A stretch of 64,000 bases of DNA from an uncultured virus (IMG/VR IMGVR_UViG_3300024999_000092) (lineage: Duplodnaviria > Heunggongvirae > Uroviricota > Caudoviricetes), in IMG/VR virus record IMGVR_UViG_3300024999_000092, one strand, 5' to 3'. Below, one piece after another: positions 1 through 10,141 of this stretch. Numbering within the stretch: the stretch's first letter is position 1; each line of letters begins with the position of its first letter. The notes beneath the pieces are model-generated. The model did no database searches and was not told the origin of the DNA. It saw only the letters and a list, made by a program, of their open reading frames with translations. The translations under genes and the position numbers were made by a program.

Positions 1-122
1 TCCGCAAATGCTTGTTTATCTTCTTGCTCATGTCGCTCTAAATCTACCGATAAATCCTTCTGAGCTGCAAATAATGTCTTTACCTGCTCCTGTAATCGCA
101 CAACGTCCTGTTCCTGTGTCAC
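1..122 (-). CDS. Probable XhlA-like holin/haemolysin, N-terminal part (runs off window)
   Basis: Hand translation from GTG at 122: MTQEQDVVRLQEQVKTLFAAQKDLSVDLERHEQ...; RBS CCAGGAGGT at 131-139; RLxEQVKTLF coiled coil resembles XhlA-type lysis proteins; lies after the structural module. Confidence 0.5.
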   Translation of the reverse strand, partial: MTQEQDVVRLQEQVKTLFAAQKDLSVDLERHEQEDKQAFA

Positions 123-139
123 ATTAGATTACCTCCTGG

Positions 140-168
140 TAGCCAGATTCTCATTGTCGTGCTATACT
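140..168 (+). promoter_or_regulatory. Sigma-A-like promoter for the small antisense RNA
   Basis: TAGCCA (140-145), 17 nt, TATACT (163-168), with extended -10 TG at 160-161. Confidence 0.6.
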
Positions 169-172
169 ATTT

Positions 173-245
173 ACGTGATGCAGGGTGTCGTAACCACCCA
201 CCGCTGATAAATCCTCCTGGGATTGGCGGGCATCACGTTTTTGTT
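173..245 (+). ncRNA. Candidate three-way-junction small RNA antisense to the lysis-gene leader
   Basis: P1 ACGTGATGC 173-181/GCATCACGT 230-238; P2 GGGTG 183-187/CACCC 195-199; P3 CCGCTGAT 201-208/ATTGGCGG 222-229 (G-U pairs work only on + strand); followed by a T-tract. Confidence 0.6.
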
Positions 246-302
246 TTATCGATGATATCTAATTAATTATACCATATTTGTTGTAATTTTTCTGTAATGG
301 GT

Positions 303-327
303 AAAATAAAACACCCCCGAAGGAGTG
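303..327 (-). terminator. Intrinsic terminator of the antirepressor operon
   Basis: Minus strand CACTCC-TTCG-GGGGTG followed by TTTTATTTT. Confidence 0.75.
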
Positions 328-338
328 CTTAAAATAAA

Positions 339-524
339 CTATTTTTTATTGTCAACCACTAGACGAATAGTTTTTTCTTCCTTGTGTTCATAACAACAAC
401 AAACTGCTTCTTCGCCTTTTGGAGAGATAATTGTATGCCCAACACTAGATATGCAACCACCTTCACTGTCATTATAAAGGCATGTTTCGACTAGACATAT
501 TATAGAGTTATGCTTCTTGCTCAC
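339..524 (-). CDS. Small Cys-rich hypothetical protein
   Basis: 61-aa ORF, RBS CCAGGAGG at 531-538. Confidence 0.55.
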   Translation of the reverse strand: MSKKHNSIICLVETCLYNDSEGGCISSVGHTIISPKGEEAVCCCYEHKEEKTIRLVVDNKK

Positions 525-545
525 ATCAAACCTCCTGGCCTTATT

Positions 546-1409
546 TTATAGTAACTGCATAACTGAATCATTCCACTTTATTTGATAACCGCTATGGCCG
601 TTTCTTTCATACGGAAATTCTTCTGCATACTTACGACCCTCATCGGATAGTCGCCATTGCTTTTCCGTTTTCTTGTCTCCTGTTTTCTTTGAAGTACGGG
701 TATACGTATCTTGGTACTGCAATCCAAGATTTAAAAGTTTCTTATTCATATCTACTGCCCTAATACCGCCCATTTTTTCACCTAATTCAGTAGCGGTATA
801 GGAACCTGTCTCATGTTCTGCTGCTGGGAGTGCCTTCTTATATTCATCCAACGACTCCCCTGTTTTGCGTTCAATTCTATTTATGGCTATAGAATTAGCT
901 ATACCGGGCTTAATTCCTGTCGCTTCGGATATTAATCTAGCTATGGTAAGTTCGTCCTCAATAATCGGTGCTATTTGCAAATAGTTATGTCTGCCGGTTG
1001 TTAATGGATATACGATTTCATCCCGCATATGAAAATATTCATCCAGGATTGCTTCGTACTTGTCCCATGCCAGATCATCGTCAAAAATTTTCAGAAGTTT
1101 GGCGTAACCTCTTTCTGATAAGAGATAGATGTTAACAGAATTAGCTATTGACTGTTTAGACATAATTCCACTATCTAAAAACAGGTCAACTAAATTGACC
1201 GAGTTTTTAATATCAATAACATCAACGCCATCAACGAATCTTTCCCTATTCATGTTAATTGCCTGATTGACTACCTTGAGTTCCTTGCCATGAATTTCAG
1301 CAATAGTCTTAGCTAACATTGCCTTCTTATCTTCACTAAAACCTCCTGAAATTTTAGGGACACTGACACCGCAAATAGTTGTCGTGCCGACCAATCTTAA
1401 AGCTTTCAT
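546..1409 (-). CDS. Phage antirepressor (ORF6N-like N-terminus, KilA-C/ANT-like C-terminus)
   Basis: [28 protein letters not shown] and [14 protein letters not shown] (ORF6N-like); [29 protein letters not shown] (KilA-C-like); start moved to ATG 1409 with RBS GGAGGTG. Confidence 0.8.
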   Translation of the reverse strand: MKALRLVGTTTICGVSVPKISGGFSEDKKAMLAKTIAEIHGKELKVVNQAINMNRERFVDGVDVIDIKNSVNLVDLFLDSGIMSKQSIANSVNIYLLSERGYAKLLKIFDDDLAWDKYEAILDEYFHMRDEIVYPLTTGRHNYLQIAPIIEDELTIARLISEATGIKPGIANSIAINRIERKTGESLDEYKKALPAAEHETGSYTATELGEKMGGIRAVDMNKKLLNLGLQYQDTYTRTSKKTGDKKTEKQWRLSDEGRKYAEEFPYERNGHSGYQIKWNDSVMQLL

Positions 1410-1552
1410 CAGCGTTTTACACCTCCGCAATGTTGTTTAATAATTTCCTGCTGTTCTAGTTCAGAAAGTTTATAACTAACTAATATGCAACCATCCACAA
1501 TAATACAGTCTACCCACCCAGATAATATGCCACTAAGATACTCTACTTCCAT
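1409..1552 (-). CDS. 47-aa hypothetical protein translationally coupled to the antirepressor
   Basis: [19 protein letters not shown]...; RBS AAAGGAGG; TGATG stop/start overlap at 1407-1411. Confidence 0.55.
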   Translation of the reverse strand: MEVEYLSGILSGWVDCIIVDGCILVSYKLSELEQQEIIKQHCGGVKR

Positions 1553-1690
1553 ATAGTTTTCCTCCTTTAGTTAAATACGGTTTATTACCGTCTTTGAGGG
1601 TATTGTACCATACTATACTAAATTGTCAATACTGTCTTGAAAAGTTTATTACTGTATGGTACTATATTAACAAAAAAGGAGTGATACTGT

Positions 1691-1846
1691 ATGGCATTGC
1701 CAGCAGACAAAAAAAGTATCGCGGTAACGGTTACTAAAGACATGCACGAAAAACTAAAAGAAAAAGCAGATAAAGAACGTAGAAGTGTATCATTTATCGC
1801 TAATGAATATATTAAAAAAGGATTAGAAAAAGAATGTAATAACTAG
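1691..1846 (+). CDS. Ribbon-helix-helix (Arc/Mnt/CopG-like) repressor, 51 aa
   Basis: Not in ORF track: MALPADKKSIAVTVTKDMHEKLKEKADKERRSVSFIANEYIKKGLEKECNN; beta strand then L..A....RS.S helix pattern; RBS AAAGGAGTG. Confidence 0.8.
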   Translation: MALPADKKSIAVTVTKDMHEKLKEKADKERRSVSFIANEYIKKGLEKECNN

Positions 1847-1932
1847 CGACATTATTTCCTATGTTTCGACGTTATTTTTCAAAGGCTATTTTCCCCCTCC
1901 ATTGAATATGAATGACTAAAGGAGGGGTTGCT

Positions 1933-2286
1933 ATGAGAAAGACTTGGTTATTGCCTATTTCTATAACAATAATACTAATGGTGTTATGGTTTAATCGTTG
2001 GGAGTATGCGGCAACAAAAACGACTGATTTCAGAGTGATAAAATGGAAAACTGATCATTGGACTGGTCAAATGTGGATGGAAACATATTTAACATCGTCT
2101 ACAAAACCAGGGGTAAAAATAGAACCAATACAACCGCTGGTCAGTAAAGACCCAAAGAAAACAGAAGCAAATTATACAATGTGGTGGATTGTATCGCTCG
2201 GCATCAACGCTCTGTGGTTATTGGTTGTAACTCCACTCGATAGTAAAAAGAAAGAAAAAGAATCAAATATCGGAGGTGAATTATAA
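1933..2286 (+). CDS. Membrane protein (two hydrophobic segments); moron / superinfection-exclusion candidate
   Basis: N- and C-terminal hydrophobic helices; RBS GGAGGGG; opposite strand to late genes. Confidence 0.65.
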   Translation: MRKTWLLPISITIILMVLWFNRWEYAATKTTDFRVIKWKTDHWTGQMWMETYLTSSTKPGVKIEPIQPLVSKDPKKTEANYTMWWIVSLGINALWLLVVTPLDSKKKEKESNIGGEL

Positions 2287-2626
2287 GGTGAAAAAATTTC
2301 TTCTCGGTGCCGGCATTGTTTCTGGCGGTATTTTTTATTTCATTATTGGACTATTGGGACTGGCCATACATCTATGGACTATTGCAATTTCTTTCTATTA
2401 CGGAGGTATATTTTCTGCGATCATTGCCCTGTCGCTCCCGTTTATTGCGGAATTGTTCTGGTTTATTAATTCATGGATAATTACTGAAACTTTTTTCAAT
2501 ACATATACATCGTCTATTGCCGCTTACGCTGTAGTATCTATATCTACACTATTAATAATAGGGTTCCTTTCATCTAAGATGAATGACAACGCCGAATTGG
2601 AAAAAGAAGAACCGCCTTTAATTTAG
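2276..2626 (+). CDS. Polytopic membrane protein; moron / superinfection-exclusion candidate
   Basis: About three hydrophobic helices in 116 aa. Confidence 0.65.
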   Translation: MNYKVKKFLLGAGIVSGGIFYFIIGLLGLAIHLWTIAISFYYGGIFSAIIALSLPFIAELFWFINSWIITETFFNTYTSSIAAYAVVSISTLLIIGFLSSKMNDNAELEKEEPPLI

Positions 2627-5600
2627 GCGGTTTTCTATTTCCCCAAATATCTTTATGCCATTTCCTCGCTTGGCTACCCTTAGACCTCTATCTCTCAATA
2701 TCTGTATCTTTGCCTCCTGATTAGCTTTATCCATAATGCCTTGTATCCGCTTAGTCTGCGCTTCGGGAGTTAGTCTACTAGATACCCTAGCTATTCCGAC
2801 ATTGGTTTTTTCGCCAACAAGTTTCTGGTATTTTGCGTATTCTTCTCCGGACAACTCAAAATCCTGACCATCTACCTTGAATGACTTATCAACAACTCTA
2901 GGAATTTGTTTGGTTTCTCCTGTCTCGTTGCTAATATCTATTACCGTCTGCGCTTGCTTTGTTGGATTGTATTCATTCACAAATGCAGGATTTAAAAACA
3001 CATTGCCAAGGCTATTACTACCGTCCTGATATGCTTCAAGCGGTTGTCCAAGCGTTCCGTATTTTTGCGGCAATGTACTTGATAATCCAGGAACTCTATT
3101 TATTGTCTTGTTGGTAGTTTGCTTTGCCCAATTAGGATCATATGTTTCCCGTTTTTGGTTATCCATTAACTGCTTAACCTGATTTAGTAGTGTCGGAACA
3201 AAAGAAGAAGGAACCCCTTGCAGTACCCTTAGTATTCCTTGGTCAATTTCCCCGTAACCACTAAATAATGTCTCGATGCCCTGCACGACAGGTTGATCCG
3301 CAAAAGCGTTTATGCCAGTAGATAGTGACTTCATTATGGTTCCAACTATTCCAGTTGCTTTGCCAGCGTTTTTGTCAACGTCTGCACCAACAGCCAATGG
3401 CAGGGAGTTTGGTAACATCCAGTCGTAACTGATTATTTTATCGCCATTTTGCGGTTTAGTATTACCTCCAAACAATACTCTCTTTAGTGCCGAAACATTA
3501 ATGCGGTATTCACCAAAACCTGACTCTCGTTGTATTTCCGCTAATTCCCTATCCTTTTCGGGTCTGCCAGTTATAATGCCTAGTTTATGCAAAATAATAC
3601 CAGTTCCAAATAGAGCAGTAGAACCAACCAACGCCCTTGAAAAAGACTCAACAAAAGCCTTTTGATTAAATTCTTTACCAACTAGGGATCTTGTTGCTTC
3701 GGTAATAACCTTAATCACGCCTGCCGGTGAATATTCAATGCCGCGCATAAGTAAGTTTGCGGGCGTTTTGGGATATTTTACAATAAAATCACCTGCCCCG
3801 AATTCACGCGCCTGCCTTCCTTTTGCAAATCCAAGAACATGAGCAGGGTCATTCATTAGTCTTTTAAGACCAACAAAAAAAGCACTCAAGGCGTTATCAT
3901 CCTGGAAAGTTCTGTAAAGTCCGTCAAGGTGTGCCTGTTCTATCATTTCATCCGTGGGTTTCTCGACCTTCGCCGCCGACATCTGATTGCGCAAAGATTC
4001 TGTTCTTGCTGATTCATAGAACGCCCGGTCAGTTGCCTTTAGTTCGATATTTAAAGCTGTTTCAAGTCTACCCACGATGCCCTTTTTAAACGTCCTACTT
4101 TGCGGTAAATCGAATTTACCATCATAACCTAGCGTGTCAATGCCCAGCATGGCATCTTCAATACCTTCTTTTACTCCCTTAATTCCACCCTTAACCTGTG
4201 TCGCTATGCTCGGTAGCACCTTTGACCTTTTTCCTGTTACCATACTTACGCCCTTGTCGATGCCTGCACCAACAACGTCACTGACGTTCTCCAGGGCATT
4301 AAATCCGGCATTGCCCACCAAGTTTCTAATGGCGGTTTTGGGGTTTAGTAATTGAGCAAAGGTCTGCACCGAAGAAACTTTTCTCCAAAACGATACCGGT
4401 TGCTGCTCTGCTAATATCTTAGATATTTGCCCCCTTAGAATCTCACCTTGCCGACCTTCTGCCATCTGCGCCTGCTCGGACAGGGAAACTAACCTATTGG
4501 CAATATCCTCAGTCAGTACCGGCAACCCCATTTTCTCAGCCACAGAACGCCTATACTGCTCTTTAGACAACGCACCAAGATTTGACAATTCGATAATTTT
4601 CTGGTCAATAGTCCTCTGTTCCTTAGTCAACGACTTCTCACGGAACATATTTTTCAATATCTGCGCTTTCTTCGTTTCCGCTATCTCGGCAAATCTGGCC
4701 TGAATATCCTGCGCCAACAATGCCGCTTCATCCTTCCGTAACATACCCCTGGTAGTTAATTTCTCAGCCAATGTCTGACCTGTTTTCTCTGCTACAGTAA
4801 AGTGTTGCCGGACAATATTATTCACATCAATGCCGTATTGCTTGATGCCCTTAGTAACTTCCCTACTCAACTGTCCCTTAGTGTAGGGATGATAGAGAAG
4901 TTCTGCAAACATCTGGTCAAGATTGACACCTTCAACCGATAAACCTTTTGCCTCTAGCCGCTTAACGATATCCTTCTTAGCTTCTGACCATACCTGATTG
5001 AACATTTTCCTGTTATTTAAGGAGTTATATATCGGTAACATGCCATCCTTGGTAGGTTTAGCACCTTCCACCTTCGGCATAGACTCTTTGGCCTTCTGCA
5101 TCAAGGTATCGAACATTTCTTTAATTAAATTGGACTTAGAATCCTTTGGGGTATTAGTTGCCATCTTAATAATTTTTTCAGCTAATTCTGAAGTTTTTTC
5201 GCCACGTTTCTTGTTTGTAATATCTCTTTTTTTCATTATCGCTTCGTCAAGTTTTACACCTAATTCCATAGCTAGAACTTCTGCATTTCTACCTGTTAAT
5301 CCGCTATCATTAATAATGCTTTTAATAAAATTGCGACTTTCTTCTTGAACGCTCTTGAAAGTTAGCGAGGATATGCCAAAGGCACTTTGCTCCAAATTAA
5401 ATCCTTTACTTTTGATCGCCTCTGACAACAATCTACTAAGTGACCTTTCGGAATACGGTACGTTAAGATAATGCTCAATATACAATTCAACGTCTTTCAT
5501 TACTTGTGGCAATTCGCCATTTTCCTCAATAATTACATTTTTAGCATCTTCCCAGGTTTTGCGGTAGTTGTCGCTTTGTTGTAGTGCGGTAACGACTTCA

Positions 5601-8443
5601 TCTAATGCGTTTTTCTTAGGCAATTTTGTTTTCTCTGTTGGCAAAACTTCTTTGGCCTTAGAGAATAGGGTTTTTACCATCTGCATTTCCTGCGTCAATC
5701 TATTGGCAGGCATCATAGGTCTTGTATAGCTAACTATCTTTTGTGCCAGCATATTAGCCGGGTCAGTCTGTTTCTCGGTATTCGGTTTACCCTGCTTTGG
5801 TTTTGGTTTATTGCCGCCCAACTCAGGTGTTTCATTAACTACCTGGTCGATTGCTTCCTTATCAATGCCGTTAAATTCATCCTGCAATTTACCGCTTAAA
5901 TCATCGTGCTTATCTTTAGTCTGCTTCGGCAACTCGTTAAATGCTTTCTTTGTTTCTTTGTTTGCCTTAATCAGCACGCCTTCGGGAGATAGATTCATAA
6001 ATATTTTTACTGCCTGTGTCATTTGGCCGGCAGAAGTTAATTGCTTACCCATACTTTCAAGCAATTCTACAGACACATCATGCCTGCCCTGCTTCTGCAT
6101 AATATACGCTAACTGACCTGCCATTGCCGGCTTTAGTGCCGATACCTCATTTTCGTCAAAAACATACTTTAATGATTCTTCGATACCGTCAGTTTCAATA
6201 AACTTCCTCGCCGCTGCCTCGGTTTCGATATTCGTAATCGGTTTATACGCGCCCGGACCTTTACTGTAAATATCTACCAATAGACCTGCCTTGGTATCTA
6301 GATCGGTTACGGGCGCATCAATGGCGGTTCTTTGGAAACTTCTAACCCTCTCGTTAGTGCCTGGGAGAACGGATTGTTTTTCCGGCAAAGTTAGTTTGGC
6401 CGCCCCAATCGTTCCTTCATCATAGGTTTCAGCTTTATCCGGTTTTAGTCCAATGTCCTCGGACATAGTTTTAGTTTCCTGTTTACCGCCCTTAATTTCC
6501 TCCTGCAACCCCTCTAACTCCAACCAATCCTCGTCCGTCATATCCTTAGTCTCTTTAGCCTTAATATCCGTCCCGTATGCCCTGTTCTTAGCATCGACAT
6601 ACTCCTTAACCGGAGGATATTTATTACCGTAAATATCGGTATAACCTTCTGTTAAATGCTCGTCAATTAACAACTCAATCCGTTTAGCAAGGGCAACATT
6701 CTCTTGCCCTTGATCGTCAATAATGCGCTGCAATGCGTTTTCAATATCGTCATAACTGGCCTTCTGCTCGTCCAAAAGTTTAGCAATAGTGTCGGTAGTC
6801 ATGCGTTTATTGCCCCACGAGATATTCTCCGGTCCGGTATTCTCGCCATAAACTACTGTACCGCCACGCTCTGCTTTTAATGATGCAGAAAGATCGCCCA
6901 TGATATTTTTAGCCTGTTCTTGAATATGTGGTTTTAATTCAGGGTGATTGTATTGCATGGCCTTAACTTTTTTATCACCGACATTATTAGAATTACGCTT
7001 GTCTACCGGAATATCAAAGCGTTTTGCCTCGGCATCTAGTTTTGTCTTTACCTCGGCAAAGTTTTCTGCCGCATAAGTCCCGTCCTTTTCAACATTTTTA
7101 ACACCGTTCAAAACACTTCTACGGTAAGTATCGGCAGTACCAATCGGGTCAGGAAATTTCTCTTTGAGTTTGTTGTAGTTTGCTTCCGCTAAAAATTCTA
7201 ATTCCTGCGAATATGTTTTCTCGTTGTTGAGCATTTTCATTTGCTTATCTAATTCAAACAACATAGCATGGTCGGCATCGGGCAGGGTTATGTTTGCCGT
7301 TCCCTTACTACCACGATTAATCTTTATTTGAGTTTGCGGCAATGTTTCCTGTGCGACAATTGGTTCCTGTTTAACTGATACGGCAGGTATATCTTCGTCA
7401 GCAAAAGTCTCAGCACCGCTTCGGTTATCCAGTCGTGAAACATCGTTAATGACTGGTTGCTGTTTAATCTCAGGAGTAGTAATCTCCGGCACTTCCGGCA
7501 TTGCCTCGCCTACAACCTCCGGCATTTCTGCCTTAGTTTCCGGCACCTTAACAACCTTGCGGCCAATACTAGCAGTTTTACCGTCCACATCAACTTGAAT
7601 AATCATCTTATCGTTGGTTTTGACGGTTGCTTCTTTGCCGTTAGGTAGAATAACTTTATCACCCTGCTGTAGTCTGAGCTGTGGGTATTCTACACCCAGC
7701 TCAGGGTAGGCATCAATTATCCTGTTTATGCGGCCAAAATTTGAAGTATTCTGCACTATTGACCTTGCACCGTTAATGTCAGCAGGAATATCTTGTTTAA
7801 CTTCGGGGGAGGTGACTTCTTTTTCGGCTAAGGGTATTTCTGTAGACTTCTTCCTGCCTAAATAACTACCTGCGCCATGTATAGCCATGCCTAAAGCGGC
7901 ATTGACTACACCTGCCTCTGCCGCTTCTTGTGGCCTAAATTCACGGTCATTTAGCGTTGCTATCGTTGTTTCATATGGAATAGTTGCGCCGCCGACTTTT
8001 AATCCTGTTTTAACAACACCAGGTAAGTTCTCCAATCCTTTTACTTTTCCCGGCAAATTACCTAAGCCAAGTCCTCGCTCAATTGCCTTCTCGCCCAATT
8101 CAAACAGTCCCTTGCCTGCACTACCTACCTTCAAACTGCCACCAACAGGATCGCCAACAAAACCCATGACACCGCCCCATAGGTCAGCAGATAAGTCGCC
8201 TGCTTTACTGCCGGTACTAACCTTATTGGGATTGTCAACGGTAGTCATAATCTCGCCGCCTGTTTGGCCTGCGCGATCAATCCATTTGCCTGCGGTTTTG
8301 TACCAAGGTTCTTCCTTTGGCGCAGGTGTACCATTCTTAATAGTCATGTATTCCCTTAGTGCCTTTTTGCCATCATCATTCAAGTCGGTTAACTTAACCC
8401 TACCCGATCTTACCGCTTCATATAGTTTTTGCTGACTCACCAT
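2618..8443 (-). CDS. Large internal virion/ejection protein (1941 aa)
   Basis: Last and largest gene of a podovirus-type structural operon; helical, Gly-rich hydrophobic segments; internal ~190-aa duplication. Confidence 0.7.
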   Translation of the reverse strand: MVSQQKLYEAVRSGRVKLTDLNDDGKKALREYMTIKNGTPAPKEEPWYKTAGKWIDRAGQTGGEIMTTVDNPNKVSTGSKAGDLSADLWGGVMGFVGDPVGGSLKVGSAGKGLFELGEKAIERGLGLGNLPGKVKGLENLPGVVKTGLKVGGATIPYETTIATLNDREFRPQEAAEAGVVNAALGMAIHGAGSYLGRKKSTEIPLAEKEVTSPEVKQDIPADINGARSIVQNTSNFGRINRIIDAYPELGVEYPQLRLQQGDKVILPNGKEATVKTNDKMIIQVDVDGKTASIGRKVVKVPETKAEMPEVVGEAMPEVPEITTPEIKQQPVINDVSRLDNRSGAETFADEDIPAVSVKQEPIVAQETLPQTQIKINRGSKGTANITLPDADHAMLFELDKQMKMLNNEKTYSQELEFLAEANYNKLKEKFPDPIGTADTYRRSVLNGVKNVEKDGTYAAENFAEVKTKLDAEAKRFDIPVDKRNSNNVGDKKVKAMQYNHPELKPHIQEQAKNIMGDLSASLKAERGGTVVYGENTGPENISWGNKRMTTDTIAKLLDEQKASYDDIENALQRIIDDQGQENVALAKRIELLIDEHLTEGYTDIYGNKYPPVKEYVDAKNRAYGTDIKAKETKDMTDEDWLELEGLQEEIKGGKQETKTMSEDIGLKPDKAETYDEGTIGAAKLTLPEKQSVLPGTNERVRSFQRTAIDAPVTDLDTKAGLLVDIYSKGPGAYKPITNIETEAAARKFIETDGIEESLKYVFDENEVSALKPAMAGQLAYIMQKQGRHDVSVELLESMGKQLTSAGQMTQAVKIFMNLSPEGVLIKANKETKKAFNELPKQTKDKHDDLSGKLQDEFNGIDKEAIDQVVNETPELGGNKPKPKQGKPNTEKQTDPANMLAQKIVSYTRPMMPANRLTQEMQMVKTLFSKAKEVLPTEKTKLPKKNALDEVVTALQQSDNYRKTWEDAKNVIIEENGELPQVMKDVELYIEHYLNVPYSERSLSRLLSEAIKSKGFNLEQSAFGISSLTFKSVQEESRNFIKSIINDSGLTGRNAEVLAMELGVKLDEAIMKKRDITNKKRGEKTSELAEKIIKMATNTPKDSKSNLIKEMFDTLMQKAKESMPKVEGAKPTKDGMLPIYNSLNNRKMFNQVWSEAKKDIVKRLEAKGLSVEGVNLDQMFAELLYHPYTKGQLSREVTKGIKQYGIDVNNIVRQHFTVAEKTGQTLAEKLTTRGMLRKDEAALLAQDIQARFAEIAETKKAQILKNMFREKSLTKEQRTIDQKIIELSNLGALSKEQYRRSVAEKMGLPVLTEDIANRLVSLSEQAQMAEGRQGEILRGQISKILAEQQPVSFWRKVSSVQTFAQLLNPKTAIRNLVGNAGFNALENVSDVVGAGIDKGVSMVTGKRSKVLPSIATQVKGGIKGVKEGIEDAMLGIDTLGYDGKFDLPQSRTFKKGIVGRLETALNIELKATDRAFYESARTESLRNQMSAAKVEKPTDEMIEQAHLDGLYRTFQDDNALSAFFVGLKRLMNDPAHVLGFAKGRQAREFGAGDFIVKYPKTPANLLMRGIEYSPAGVIKVITEATRSLVGKEFNQKAFVESFSRALVGSTALFGTGIILHKLGIITGRPEKDRELAEIQRESGFGEYRINVSALKRVLFGGNTKPQNGDKIISYDWMLPNSLPLAVGADVDKNAGKATGIVGTIMKSLSTGINAFADQPVVQGIETLFSGYGEIDQGILRVLQGVPSSFVPTLLNQVKQLMDNQKRETYDPNWAKQTTNKTINRVPGLSSTLPQKYGTLGQPLEAYQDGSNSLGNVFLNPAFVNEYNPTKQAQTVIDISNETGETKQIPRVVDKSFKVDGQDFELSGEEYAKYQKLVGEKTNVGIARVSSRLTPEAQTKRIQGIMDKANQEAKIQILRDRGLRVAKRGNGIKIFGEIENRLN

Positions 8444-8452
8444 ATCACCTCT

Positions 8453-9829
8453 CTATCTGAGGTATTGCATTATATCTTCATCTGTTGCGCCGGTTGTAGG
8501 TGTACCTGTACTCGCCATAGAACCGCCACCACCACTAAGTATATCTCTGTAATAGTTAATTAGTTCTCTGTCAGAATCGGGGTCATTGCCGAAACTCGGA
8601 TCTTTCTGCGCTGCCGCTAACGCCTTACCCATAATCGCACTATCACCGCCGCCCAATTGATTGTACAACGGCAACAACTTAGCAGTTTCCCCGGTAAAGA
8701 ATTCAGCAGGAGTTGTCCCAAGAGAAGTCAACAACATATCAATAGCATCTTTACTGTTTGCGCCGGACTTCTTGGCCGCAACCATCCATTCAGGATCGCT
8801 TAATAAAGAACTAACCGTATAATAACCGGGATATTTCAAACCTTTTTGCATATTCTCTTTATACCGACCAACCGCTTTATTAAGTAGGTCAGCAGTAGCG
8901 GCATTTTGTCTTTCTTTTACGGTATCCTTGCCGCTTGTTTCAAGATTATATTTGTTAATCTGAGCATTGTTTAATGACCTTCTCAATTCATAATCCCTAT
9001 CGGCTTTTTGGGCATCATATGTCGCCTGTCCCGTCGCCGGGTCTACTCCGGTTAACCCAGCAAGCGTATTTCTGCCGTTCATCGTGTATTGACCATTATA
9101 GTTGCCTGTCAACCCGGCCTCGGTAATACCTCTTTGCCATTGTTGCTGCTCTGCATCCGACTCACTCTTAGCTAATTCCCGTAAATTATTAACAATGTCA
9201 TTCCTTGTCTTTTGCTCGGCATCTAAGTCTCTGTCCATTAGTCTCTGAGCATACATCATTGCATCGTGCCTTAAGCCAGCATCAAGTTCCCTCTGTCCGG
9301 CCATTTCTGAGTTAGCCAGCGATAACATTAGTTCGTCCCTATTTTTACCAATAAAGTCATACTTCTTGGCGTACTCGCCTTGCATCTGCTTTCTCTGATA
9401 ATTTGCTACACCACTACTACCCATACCACGATTTGCAATACTTGCAGAAACGCCCATAAGGGATTTTCCTTCATCTTCCTTGGTATTAGCCATTGCATCG
9501 TTGTAGTTTAAGCCTAACTGAGTGCGCTTATTGCCAGTTTCAGTTCGTAAGGAATTTAGTTTTGCATCGTGTAAATCTCCATACCATTGCTCTCCCATAC
9601 CATAGTATTTACCGAATCTTGCAGGGTCTACCTGTGCGTTAGGTGCGCTTAGGTAGGGACTAATAAGTGAATTGGGACCGTTAACCATAGCCTTATTATC
9701 TGCCCCGATAGTAAAACCCTGTCCCTCCCGGAGGGTTACACCGCCCGGAAGTCCAATTGTTCTGTCCTGAGAGTTCCATTGTGCGTTAGGGAATAAATTG
9801 CGAATCCATTGTTGAGCCAAAAATAACAC
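8453..9829 (-). CDS. Probable DNA ejection/pilot protein
   Basis: Gln/Ala/Asn-rich coiled coil with ANRGMGSSG and EAGLTG motifs; precedes the large ejection protein. Confidence 0.55.
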   Translation of the reverse strand: MLFLAQQWIRNLFPNAQWNSQDRTIGLPGGVTLREGQGFTIGADNKAMVNGPNSLISPYLSAPNAQVDPARFGKYYGMGEQWYGDLHDAKLNSLRTETGNKRTQLGLNYNDAMANTKEDEGKSLMGVSASIANRGMGSSGVANYQRKQMQGEYAKKYDFIGKNRDELMLSLANSEMAGQRELDAGLRHDAMMYAQRLMDRDLDAEQKTRNDIVNNLRELAKSESDAEQQQWQRGITEAGLTGNYNGQYTMNGRNTLAGLTGVDPATGQATYDAQKADRDYELRRSLNNAQINKYNLETSGKDTVKERQNAATADLLNKAVGRYKENMQKGLKYPGYYTVSSLLSDPEWMVAAKKSGANSKDAIDMLLTSLGTTPAEFFTGETAKLLPLYNQLGGGDSAIMGKALAAAQKDPSFGNDPDSDRELINYYRDILSGGGGSMASTGTPTTGATDEDIMQYLR

Positions 9830-9832
9830 CTC

Positions 9833-10141
9833 CTAGAGAGTGTCAATGATTTCTAAATCACCTTGTGTAACCGTAGTAAACTCACTGCCTGAGTATTCTA
9901 TATTAACTTCTAGCTTATATTTACCGGATACTGCCGTATCCTCTGCGGTAAGTATGTAATGACACGTTCCAGTGGCGGCGTTATCTATAGTACATGTTCG
10001 ATCTAATCTAGTGTAAGAATATCCACCGGACATTATAAGTTTAACTGTTGCAGCGGTTAAGTTAAGGGCAGATCCATCCTGGTCGGTTAGAGTAAACGAT
10101 AACTGATTACCAACATCATTTTTCTTTATTTGTTTAGCCAT
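9833..10141 (-). CDS. BppU-N-like (DUF2479-like) virion adaptor domain protein
   Basis: IKKNDVGNQLSFTLTDQDGSALNLTAATVKLIM...GTCHYILTAEDTAVSGKYKLEV pattern. Confidence 0.65.
   Translation of the reverse strand: MAKQIKKNDVGNQLSFTLTDQDGSALNLTAATVKLIMSGGYSYTRLDRTCTIDNAATGTCHYILTAEDTAVSGKYKLEVNIEYSGSEFTTVTQGDLEIIDTL

Noticed and set aside
2618..8443. Tape-measure protein or virion RNA polymerase call for the 1941-aa ORF
   Set aside because: No tail tube, sheath or chaperone genes for a long tail and no polymerase motifs recognised; podovirus ejection protein fits the synteny better
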